Source: Ilumatobacteraceae bacterium
Lineage (GTDB): Bacteria > Actinomycetota > Acidimicrobiia > Acidimicrobiales > Ilumatobacteraceae
Assembly: GCA_046086305.1 (NCBI GenBank)
Contig: JBJSXI010000044.1
Span: forward strand, 9,916 to 73,915
DNA length: 64,000 nt
Reading direction: 5' to 3'
The notes below the pieces were generated by a model that worked only from the letters and a program-made list of their open reading frames with translations, ran no database searches and was not told where the DNA came from. Positions 35,873 through 44,276 of the stretch are shown piece after piece. Made by a program: the position numbers and the translations under genes. Within the stretch, counting starts at the first letter, position 1, and every line of letters starts with the position of its first letter.

Positions 35873-36858
35873 GGGACCAGGTCGATGCGCAGGTCGAGAC
35901 CGAGCTGCGTGGTGCGCACGATACGACCGCGCCACAGGTCGTGCACCGTCGGGGCACCGGGACCGGAGAAGAGCGGTGCGCCGTCGTCGCCGCCCGCCAG
36001 TGCAGGGGCGAGATAGACGACGTACCGGTCGACGAGCCCACTGCGGTGGAACTCGCCCGCGACCCGGGCACCCCCCTCGACGAGGACCTGCAGGACACCC
36101 TCGTCGCCCAGACGGGTGAGGACGTCCTCGAGCGGACCGGACATCTCGGTGCACGGATGCACCCGCGACCCGATGGGTGCTCGTCCGAGGACGATGCGTC
36201 GTGGCTGGCGGACCGCGGCGGGTGTGCCGTCGGGTCGGCGGACCGTGAGGGCCGGGTCGTCGGCGCGCACGGTGCCGGCACCCACGAGGACGGCATCGCT
36301 CTCGGCGCGCAGGAGATGGGCGTCGGCGCGAGCTGCATCGCCGGTGATCCACCGACTCGACCCATCGGCGGCGGCAGTCCGTCCGTCGAGTGTGGCCGCC
36401 AACTTCAAGATGACGTACGGCCGACCAGTTCGACGGTGATGGAGGTACGACGCGAGTTGCCCTGCAGCCTCGTCACCGCGTACGCCTTCGACCACCTCGA
36501 TGCCGTGTCGGCGCAGCGCCGCGATTCCAGCACCGCGGACCCGCGGATCGCTGTCGCTGACGCCGACGTACACGGTGCTGACGCCGGCAGCTACCAGTGC
36601 GTCGGTGCACGGCGGTGTCCGGCCGTGGTGATCGCACGGCTCGAGCGTGACCGCAACGCGCCCACCTCGGGCACGCTCGCCCGCTGCGGCGAGCGCGACA
36701 CGCTCGGCATGCGGACCGCCGGGTGGCTGCGTGGCGCCGGTGACGAGGCTGCCGTCAGCACACTCGATGGCACAGCCGACCCACGGGTTGGGAGACGTCG
36801 TCGTGCGCACCGTCGCCGCAGCGGCGAGTGCGACAGCCATGAGGTCGTCGGGGGTCAT
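35869..36858 (-). CDS. ribD: bifunctional diaminohydroxyphosphoribosylaminopyrimidine deaminase / 5-amino-6-(5-phosphoribosylamino)uracil reductase
   Basis: ATGA overlap with the upstream stop. Deaminase motif HAERVAL...[14 protein letters not shown] and reductase motif [12 protein letters not shown]...SRWITG. Confidence 0.88.
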   Translation of the reverse strand: MTPDDLMAVALAAAATVRTTTSPNPWVGCAIECADGSLVTGATQPPGGPHAERVALAAAGERARGGRVAVTLEPCDHHGRTPPCTDALVAAGVSTVYVGVSDSDPRVRGAGIAALRRHGIEVVEGVRGDEAAGQLASYLHHRRTGRPYVILKLAATLDGRTAAADGSSRWITGDAARADAHLLRAESDAVLVGAGTVRADDPALTVRRPDGTPAAVRQPRRIVLGRAPIGSRVHPCTEMSGPLEDVLTRLGDEGVLQVLVEGGARVAGEFHRSGLVDRYVVYLAPALAGGDDGAPLFSGPGAPTVHDLWRGRIVRTTQLGLDLRIDLVP

Positions 36859-38042
36859 GCGACGATCCGGCCGCCCCGCACGACGACGCGGTCGGCAGGG
36901 GCCGACGAGATCGCCGAGCGCACATCGGCTGCCGCGACGAGGACGAGGTCGGCAACGGCACCCGGAGTCGGGCCCGTCTCGGGACGCCGCAGCACGCGGC
37001 GTGCTGCCGTGGTGACCGACGCGAGTGCATCGACCGGGAGGTGATGACCGGCGAGGATCATCAGGCCCGCAACCTCGAGGGGATCGGCGCGGCCGAGCGG
37101 ATTGAACGGATCCTGCAGGTTGTCCCACCCGGCTGCGACATCGACCCCGGCTGCGCGCAAGGCCGGCAGGGCCGTGAGGCCACGCGGCATCGCCTGCAGA
37201 TGGTCGCGACCCTGCAGGAACAGGTTGGTGGCCGGCAGGGTGACCACGCCGACGCCGGCATCGGCGAGGTCCTCGGCAATCCGACGCTGCTCGTCGGGAG
37301 CACGCAGCCCGAGGCTCACACAGTGGCTTGCGGTGACCGCACCCTTGAATCCCGTCACGCGGATTCGTTCGACGAGCGCGGGCAGGGTGGTGCGTGACGC
37401 ATCGAGGTGCTCGTCGGTGTGCAGATCGACAGGCAGCCCGGCCCGGTCGGCCATCTCGAGGAAGACCTCGATCGATGCCTCGGATCGCTCGTCGAGATGC
37501 GGGCACCCGCCGACGACATCGGCCCCGGCCTCGACCGCAGCGAGGAGGAGTTCGCGTTGGCGCTGCCCCTCGGGTCCGGTGATCGGCCAGCCACACAGTG
37601 CGACGAGCTCGAGGTCGATGAGGCCGGCCACGCGGCGGCGAACATCGGCGAGCGCCTCGACGGAGCGGACGCCGGTGAACTCGGTGACGTCGACATGCGA
37701 CCGGATCAGCGTGGTGCCATTCGCGGCATAGAGCCGCGCCGCGCGCTCGGCGCGCTCGACGATGTCGTCGTGGGTGATCCGTCCGGCGTGTGCCTCCATC
37801 GCCAGGATCGCGCCCATCAGATCACCGGTCGGATTCGGCACCTGCTCGGCGAGGAAGGCCTTGTCGAGATGGGCATGTGGCTCGACGAATGCCGGCAGCA
37901 GCAGCCGCCCCGCTGCATCGAGGACGACGTCGCCATCGACCTGCCGGTCGACGAGACCAACCACGACGCCATCGACGATGCGCAGCGAGCTCCGTGAACC
38001 ATCGGGCATCGTCGCGTCGAGGATCGTGAGCGATGAGGTCAT
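36855..38042 (-). CDS. metal-dependent amidohydrolase, cytosine-deaminase-like (COG0402-type)
   Basis: LLPAFVEPHAHLDKAF is the HxH metal motif in the CodA-like context. Later HTDE and HC(V)S motifs. 395 aa. Confidence 0.72.
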   Translation of the reverse strand: MTSSLTILDATMPDGSRSSLRIVDGVVVGLVDRQVDGDVVLDAAGRLLLPAFVEPHAHLDKAFLAEQVPNPTGDLMGAILAMEAHAGRITHDDIVERAERAARLYAANGTTLIRSHVDVTEFTGVRSVEALADVRRRVAGLIDLELVALCGWPITGPEGQRQRELLLAAVEAGADVVGGCPHLDERSEASIEVFLEMADRAGLPVDLHTDEHLDASRTTLPALVERIRVTGFKGAVTASHCVSLGLRAPDEQRRIAEDLADAGVGVVTLPATNLFLQGRDHLQAMPRGLTALPALRAAGVDVAAGWDNLQDPFNPLGRADPLEVAGLMILAGHHLPVDALASVTTAARRVLRRPETGPTPGAVADLVLVAAADVRSAISSAPADRVVVRGGRIVA

Positions 38043-38064
38043 CGACCTCAGGGTACGGCGCCGC

Positions 38065-39633
38065 TCAGTCTCCGGCGACGCTGCCCACCTGCGCCCGAGG
38101 ATCGGCTGCGCCGGCCCACCACCCGTCGCCGTCGCGAACGATCGCATGGGCATGGCCGAAGGCGCTGTCGTACGCCGGGAGCCGTCGCACGCGGTGGCCG
38201 AGTGCAGCGAGTCCCTCGGCCCACTCGTCGGGTGCGTGCCCCTCCAGTGCCACGGCCGGGCCGTTGGGGCTGATCCAGGTGTCGAAGCCGGTGACATCAC
38301 CCTGCAGTGCCCAACGAGGGGCATGGATCGACGTCGCCGGTGACTGTTGGTGACCGAACAATCGGGCCGCCAGCTGCAGGAGGATCTGGGGTTGTGCGTC
38401 GCCGCCCATCGTGCCGAACACCGCGGCAAGGGATCCGTCGCTCGTGGCGAGGGCCGGCGAGAGCGTGTGAGGCGGTCGCGCCCCGGGACGCAACTCCGCC
38501 GGGTGACCGGCCTCGAGGCTGAAGCCGAGGCCGCGGTTGTGGAGGTTCACACCGGTCGTCGGTTCGACCAACCACGAGCCGAACCCCGACGCATTCGACT
38601 GGATGAGCGAGACACCGGTGCCGTGCTCGTCGACCGTGCACAGATACGTGGTGTCGCCTGCGGCTCCTGCGCCACCTCGGAATGCTGCTCGCGGCCCGAT
38701 CTCTGCCGATCGCCCGGCGATCGCGGCCAGCAGGGCATCCCCATCGGCGGCATCGTGGAGCACTGCGGGCCGATCTCGTCCCGCTGTCTTCGCGCTCTCG
38801 ACGAGGACGTGTGCCCAGGCGACCGAGTCCGGATCGGTCGGCAGGCCGTGGTGATCGGCCAGTGCGGCCGCACCGAGCAGCAGGTAGCCCTGCGAGTTCG
38901 GCGGCACGGTCCACAGGTCGCGATCGAACGCCGTGGCACGCAGTGGTGTCACCCAGTCGGCCTGTGAACGGGTGAGATCGGCACGTTCGAACAGCCCGTC
39001 ACCGAGGCGCAGCAACCCCTCGCCGAACTCGCCGCCGTAGAAGCCGTCGCGACCACGCGCACCGATCGCCCGCAGCGTGCGCGCCACACCCGCACGGCGC
39101 ACCGGCGAACCCGGGTGGTGCACCTGGTCGAGCACGACACCGAGTGATCGACGACCCTGCTCGTCGACGAGCGCCGCCGACCCGACGAGCAGCGGACTCG
39201 CCGGGAACCCGTCGTCGGCGAGGCGGATGGCTGGCTCGAGCAACTCGTCGAGTGAGAGCACAGCGAACCGCTCGGCCAGGGCCGTCCATCCGTCGATACA
39301 GCCCGGCACCGTCACTGCACGCACGTCGTGACGGAAGGGCATCTCCGTGTGTCCCTCGTCGCGGAGCGTGGCTGCCGATGCGCCCGAACCTGCGCGCCCG
39401 CTCGCGTTCAGGCAGTGCACCTCCCCCTCGTGGTGCACGAGCGCGAACAGGTCGCCACCGATCCCGCACAGATGTGGCGCGACGACAGCCATGACGGCGT
39501 TCGCGGCGATGGCTGCGTCGACGGCGCCGCCGCCGCGAGCGAAGGCCCACATCCCGGCCTGCGTCGCGAGTTGATCCGCACAGGCCACCATTCGCCTCGG
39601 AGCCCGGACACTGCGCACCGGCGCACCGTTCAT
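38065..39633 (-). CDS. ggt: gamma-glutamyltransferase family protein
   Basis: ATGA overlap with the upstream GDPD stop when ATG 39633 is used. GGNAVDAA-like GGGAVDAAIAANAVM, the GIGGD motif and the autoprocessing-site context GDTTYLCTVD. Confidence 0.85.
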   Translation of the reverse strand: MNGAPVRSVRAPRRMVACADQLATQAGMWAFARGGGAVDAAIAANAVMAVVAPHLCGIGGDLFALVHHEGEVHCLNASGRAGSGASAATLRDEGHTEMPFRHDVRAVTVPGCIDGWTALAERFAVLSLDELLEPAIRLADDGFPASPLLVGSAALVDEQGRRSLGVVLDQVHHPGSPVRRAGVARTLRAIGARGRDGFYGGEFGEGLLRLGDGLFERADLTRSQADWVTPLRATAFDRDLWTVPPNSQGYLLLGAAALADHHGLPTDPDSVAWAHVLVESAKTAGRDRPAVLHDAADGDALLAAIAGRSAEIGPRAAFRGGAGAAGDTTYLCTVDEHGTGVSLIQSNASGFGSWLVEPTTGVNLHNRGLGFSLEAGHPAELRPGARPPHTLSPALATSDGSLAAVFGTMGGDAQPQILLQLAARLFGHQQSPATSIHAPRWALQGDVTGFDTWISPNGPAVALEGHAPDEWAEGLAALGHRVRRLPAYDSAFGHAHAIVRDGDGWWAGAADPRAQVGSVAGD

Positions 39634-40379
39634 CGCCACTGCCCACGCGACTCGAGCACCGAGCGGAGCACGGCCGGACGATCGGTCATGATCCCGTCGA
39701 CCCCGAGATCGAGGAGGCGACGCATCTCATCCGGATCGTCGACGGTCCAGACATGCACGTGCAGTCCTCGGCGGTGCGCTCGCTCGACGAACCGCCGGTC
39801 GACCACCGGAACCGGGCCACTGCGCACCGGGACCTGCGCAGCGTGCGCCGGGGGACGATGGGGGAGCGCCAACCGCAGCGCGGCGACACCGACGGGACCG
39901 AGCGAGGTACACAGCGCCGCACCCACACGAGCGCGCAGGCGAGCCAGTCGACGGTCGTCGAAGGCGCCGACGGCAACCCGGTCGTGTGCCGCACATCGGC
40001 GCAGACACGCCGCGAGGGCCTCCTCGGCAGTGTCGGACTTGCAGTCGATGTTCACCCGCAGATCCGGCCAGGTGCCGAGGAGATCCTCGAGCAACGGGAT
40101 CGGCGCCACACCGTGCACACGCGCCGCGCTCACCTCACGCCACGACATCTCGCTGATCCGGCCGGCTCGACCACACGTGCGCTCGAGGTCGTCGTCGTGG
40201 AACGCGACCAGCACCCCGTCGGCGGTCACCTGCACGTCGGTCTCGACATAGCGATAGCCGAGTCCCACGGCATGCTCGAAGGCAGGCAGCGTGTTCTCGG
40301 GCGCGTCGCTCGCACCACCGCGATGGGCGAAGGCGATCGGCCCGTCCCACTCGAGATAGGGGTGGGCGACCGTCGGCAC
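39630..40379 (-). CDS. glycerophosphodiester phosphodiesterase family protein (copy 2), first gene of the 8-gene operon
   Basis: IAFAHRGGASDAPENTLPAFEHA and YVETDVQVTADGVLVAFHDDDLERT. GTG 40379 chosen as the start. Confidence 0.78.
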   Translation of the reverse strand: MPTVAHPYLEWDGPIAFAHRGGASDAPENTLPAFEHAVGLGYRYVETDVQVTADGVLVAFHDDDLERTCGRAGRISEMSWREVSAARVHGVAPIPLLEDLLGTWPDLRVNIDCKSDTAEEALAACLRRCAAHDRVAVGAFDDRRLARLRARVGAALCTSLGPVGVAALRLALPHRPPAHAAQVPVRSGPVPVVDRRFVERAHRRGLHVHVWTVDDPDEMRRLLDLGVDGIMTDRPAVLRSVLESRGQWR

Positions 40380-40400
40380 CCGGCCAGTATCGTCCCCGGA

Positions 40401-41795
40401 ATGGCCACCCCGACACCCCCGTCCACGATCGTCGTCCGCTCGCCGTACGACGACTCGGTCATCGGCGAGGTGCAGGCGATGACCACCGACGACGTCGATC
40501 GAGCGGTGGCGACCGCCCGGCGGGCGCTCGACGCAGGCCCGATGCCGCTGTGGAAGCGCGCCGAGATCCTCGACCGTGCTGCCGAGCGACTCGCCGCACG
40601 GGTCGACGAATTCGCCCGGATCATCGCCCGCGAGGCCGCCAAGCCGATCCGCACCGCCAGGGTGGAGGCCGAACGGGCGGTCGGCACATTCCGCTTCGCG
40701 GCCGCCGAGGCACGCACCCTGGCCGGAGAGGTCATCCCTCTCGATGCGATCCCCGCCGGCGAGGGCAAGCTCGGGTTCACCCTGCGCGTCCCGATCGGAG
40801 TGGTCGGCGCGATCGCCCCGTTCAACTTCCCCCTGAATCTGGTCGTGCACAAGGTCGGCCCGGCAATTGCGGCAGGGTGTCCGGTGGTCCTGAAGCCGGC
40901 ATCACAGACACCGTTCAGCTCGTTGGCGCTCGCTCGCATGCTGATCGACGAGTGCGGACTTCCGTCCGACTACCTGCAGGTCGTCACCGGTGGTGGCGCC
41001 ACGGTCGGCAATGCGATCGTCGACCATCCCGACATCGTCCTCGTCACGTTCACCGGCTCACCCGAGGTCGGCTGGGCCATCAGGGCGCGAGCACCGCGCA
41101 AGCGTGTGGGTCTCGAGCTGGGCAACAACGCACCCGTGATCATCGAGGCCGACGGTGACTGGCGGACCGCGGCAGCGAAGATCCGCGTGGCCGGCTTCAG
41201 CCACGCCGGACAGAGCTGCATCAGCACTCAGCGTGTCCTCGTGCACCGTTCGATCGCCGAGGAGTTCACCGCCACCCTGGCCGCGGCGGTGGAGACACTC
41301 GTCGTCGGCGATCCACTCGACGAGGCCACCGAGGTGTCGTCGCTCATCTCGACCAGTGAGCGTGATCGGGTGCTCGGCTGGCTCGAGGAGGCGGTTGCCG
41401 CAGGCGCACGTATCGAGGCGGGCGGCACGGTCGATGCCGCGGGGGTTCTTCGCCCGACGGTGCTCAGCGGCGTACTCCCTGACATGAAGGTGTGCGCGCT
41501 CGAGGTGTTCGGACCCGTCGTTGCGGTGCAGGCCTACGACCACGTCGACGACGCGCTCCGCCTCGCCAACGACACGCGCTACGGGCTGCAGGCGTCGATC
41601 TTCACCCAGGACATCTCGGTCGCCCTGCGTGCCGTCCGCAACCTCGACTTCGGCGGTGTGCTCGTGAACGAGGTGCCCACATGGCGAGCCGATCAGCAGC
41701 CCTACGGCGGTGTCCGTGACAGCGGGAACACGCGCGAGGGTCCGGCATTCACCATTCGCGAGATGACAGAGATCCGGATGGTCGTGCTGGGCTGA
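40401..41795 (+). CDS. NAD(P)+-dependent aldehyde dehydrogenase
   Basis: IAPFNFPLNL, VLKPASQTP, FTGS, ELGNNAP and GQSCIS (catalytic Cys). Only 21 nt separate this start from the divergent GDPD start. Confidence 0.9.
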   Translation: MATPTPPSTIVVRSPYDDSVIGEVQAMTTDDVDRAVATARRALDAGPMPLWKRAEILDRAAERLAARVDEFARIIAREAAKPIRTARVEAERAVGTFRFAAAEARTLAGEVIPLDAIPAGEGKLGFTLRVPIGVVGAIAPFNFPLNLVVHKVGPAIAAGCPVVLKPASQTPFSSLALARMLIDECGLPSDYLQVVTGGGATVGNAIVDHPDIVLVTFTGSPEVGWAIRARAPRKRVGLELGNNAPVIIEADGDWRTAAAKIRVAGFSHAGQSCISTQRVLVHRSIAEEFTATLAAAVETLVVGDPLDEATEVSSLISTSERDRVLGWLEEAVAAGARIEAGGTVDAAGVLRPTVLSGVLPDMKVCALEVFGPVVAVQAYDHVDDALRLANDTRYGLQASIFTQDISVALRAVRNLDFGGVLVNEVPTWRADQQPYGGVRDSGNTREGPAFTIREMTEIRMVVLG

Positions 41796-41828
41796 GCGCC
41801 CAGACCCCTACGACTCAGACCGTCCGAC

Positions 41829-42374
41829 TCAGACCCGTACGACGACGGACCCGACGATCTTGTCGTGCCAGGTCTGCTTGCGATCGTCCCACAGCGCCCA
41901 CAGGTAGCCGAGGACGAACACCTGGCCGGAGACGAATTCGGCGAAGAGGCTGCGTCCGATGGCCTTGGGCACACCGATCGGCCGGCCGTCGTCGAGGCGC
42001 ACGACCTTGATCCCGACGATCCGCCGACCCCACGTCTGTCCGGTGCGGCCGAGCGCCCTGACGTAGAGCACGAGGATCACGACAACCGAGGCGAGGATGA
42101 GTGCCACACCGCCGGCGATCGCACCGGCGTTCAGGTCGCCTCCCGTGCAGGTCCACTCGTCGTTGCTCGTCCATCCGTCACATTCAGAGAACCCGAGGAC
42201 GAGAAGGACGATTCCGGGGATCAGCAACACGATCCAGACGAGCCCGTACAGGATGCGGTCGAGCAGATACGCCGCGAAGCGGATCCAGAACCCGGCGTAC
42301 TCCCCGGACGACGCCATCGACGACGGCGGGGGTGGCGGCGGGACCGACATGGGAGGAGGGGGAGGCGGCGGCAT
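41829..42374 (-). CDS. RDD-family membrane protein with poly-proline N-terminus
   Basis: MPPPPPPPMSVPPPPPPSS, then FWIRFAAYLLDRIL...GQTWGRRIVGIKVV...WHDKIVGSVVV (the RDD motif set). Confidence 0.75.
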   Translation of the reverse strand: MPPPPPPPMSVPPPPPPSSMASSGEYAGFWIRFAAYLLDRILYGLVWIVLLIPGIVLLVLGFSECDGWTSNDEWTCTGGDLNAGAIAGGVALILASVVVILVLYVRALGRTGQTWGRRIVGIKVVRLDDGRPIGVPKAIGRSLFAEFVSGQVFVLGYLWALWDDRKQTWHDKIVGSVVVRV

Positions 42375-42409
42375 GCTCACACCGCCGACCGTAGTCGCCG
42401 ACGAACCGC

Positions 42410-43966
42410 TCAGATGTTGCGGCCCGCGGCGGCCCAGTACTCGTCCTTCAACAGCCGCTTGTACAACTTGCCGGTCGGATGACGCGGAAGCTCGGGCCTG
42501 AAGTCGATCGACCGGGGACACTTGATGTCGGCGAGGTGCTCGCGACAAAAGACGATGAGTTCACGCTCGAGTGCGGCGGCGTCCTGCGGGGTGGCCGGCA
42601 GCGCCACGGGCTGCACCACCGCCTTCACCTCTTCACCGAACTCGTCGTTGGGTACCCCGAACACGGCGACGTCGATCACCTTCGGGTGGGTGACGAGGAT
42701 GTTCTCGGCCTCCTGCGGATAGATGTTCACCCCACCAGAGATGATCATGTACGCCTTGCGATCGGTGAGGAACAAGAAGTTGTCGTCGGTGAGGTAGCCG
42801 ACGTCACCGAGAGTGCTCCAGGGCTGGATCGGGTGACGCGACCCTCGGGTCTTCACCGGATCGTTGTGGTACTCGAAGGTCGGGCCGCCCTCGAAGTAGA
42901 TCGTCCCGCTCTCTCCACGCGGCACCTCTTCGCCGTCATCGCCGCACACATGGATGACACAGCTGATCGGCACCCCGACGGTGCCGGGATGGTCGAGCCA
43001 CATCTGGCTGTTGCAGTAGACGAAGCCGTTGCCCTCGGTGCCGGCGTAGTACTCGTGGATGATCGGCCCGAACCACTCGATCATCTCGTGCTTCACCTTC
43101 ACCGGGCACGGCGCCGCAGCGTGGATGACGCATTGAAGACTCGATACATCGAACGATCGGCGACGTGATTCGTCGAGCTTCAGCATTCGCACGAACATGG
43201 TGGGCACGACCTGGGTGTGGGTGGCGCGATGACGCTCGACCAGGGTGAGGTAGTCCTCAGGATCGAAGTGCTCCATGGCGACGACCGTGCACCCCTGCTG
43301 CTGTGCGGCGAGACAGAAGCGCAGGGGAGCAGCGTGGTAGAAGGGCGCAGGTGACAGGTAGACGCTCTCACCGGTGAGGCCGAACAGGAGGGTCAACAGC
43401 CCGGTGACACCCATCGCCGTCGTCTCGAGCGGGAGTGGCTCGTACTGGCGGGTCACACCCTTGGGCATGCCGGTCGTGCCGGACGAGTAGAGCATGTCGG
43501 TGCCGGCGAACCGTTCACCGGGGAGCGCGGTCGACGGCTCGGCAGCGACGGCGGCCTCGTACGAGTCGTAGCCGGGGATCGTGCCGTCGAGCATGAGGGC
43601 GAGCGCGACACCCGGGATCTGCTCGCGGATCTCCGCCGCCTGCTCGGCCTTGTGGCGAGAGGTGATGAACACCTTCGCCCGGCAATCGTTCACCACATAC
43701 GACAACTCGGCGCTCGTGAGCCGACTCGAGGCGCAGGTGTAGACGGCGCCCGCGTAGTGGCATCCCCACACCACCTCGAGATACCGGTCGTGGTTCTCCA
43801 TACAGATCGCGACATGATCGCCGGGCTCGACTCCGGTGGACCTCAGGACACGACTGAGACGATTGGCCGCCGCATCGAGTTCGGCGAAGGTCTGGGTGAA
43901 CCCACTGCCGCCCATCACCACGGCCGGCTTGTCGGGGTGCACCTCGAGGAAGGCGCCCGGGAACAT
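42410..43966 (-). CDS. AMP-forming acyl-CoA synthetase (FadD-type)
   Basis: MLYSSGTTGMPKGV (AMP motif), YAGTEG, GDVGYLTDDNFLFLTDRK and GKLYKR. Start taken at MFPGAF (ATG 43966); 43990 and 44008 are also possible. Confidence 0.85.
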   Translation of the reverse strand: MFPGAFLEVHPDKPAVVMGGSGFTQTFAELDAAANRLSRVLRSTGVEPGDHVAICMENHDRYLEVVWGCHYAGAVYTCASSRLTSAELSYVVNDCRAKVFITSRHKAEQAAEIREQIPGVALALMLDGTIPGYDSYEAAVAAEPSTALPGERFAGTDMLYSSGTTGMPKGVTRQYEPLPLETTAMGVTGLLTLLFGLTGESVYLSPAPFYHAAPLRFCLAAQQQGCTVVAMEHFDPEDYLTLVERHRATHTQVVPTMFVRMLKLDESRRRSFDVSSLQCVIHAAAPCPVKVKHEMIEWFGPIIHEYYAGTEGNGFVYCNSQMWLDHPGTVGVPISCVIHVCGDDGEEVPRGESGTIYFEGGPTFEYHNDPVKTRGSRHPIQPWSTLGDVGYLTDDNFLFLTDRKAYMIISGGVNIYPQEAENILVTHPKVIDVAVFGVPNDEFGEEVKAVVQPVALPATPQDAAALERELIVFCREHLADIKCPRSIDFRPELPRHPTGKLYKRLLKDEYWAAAGRNI

Positions 43967-44276
43967 GTGCCGGACGGTACCCCACGGCATTGAGGCAGGT
44001 GGAAACACTGATCATGGCCCGATGCGGCTGCGCCGCCAGACGGGGAGGTGTAGGGTCTGGTTGTGGGAGGGCCCCGTGGGTGGAGTTCTGTCGAGTGTCA
44101 CAGCACTGGTACGAGGCAGCCAGGTTCTACGCACGACAACGAGAGTTCCTGATTTGGGCGGTGAAAGCCCCCCTGGGCTGATCCTTGTTGTGCCAAGCCG
44201 CCTCGTGCTCGGGTACCTGTTCTCTGAGCGAAAAGGCTACCCGACCGAACAACTACCGATACCAAGATAGTTCGTC

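Noticed and set aside
35873-36365. N-terminal extensions of the RibA-frame ORFs (35273..36352 and 35250..36365)
   Set aside because: GTP cyclohydrolase II homology starts at ATG 35872, which forms an ATGA overlap with the ribD stop. The upstream part is Arg/Pro-rich and overlaps genuine RibD coding sequence.
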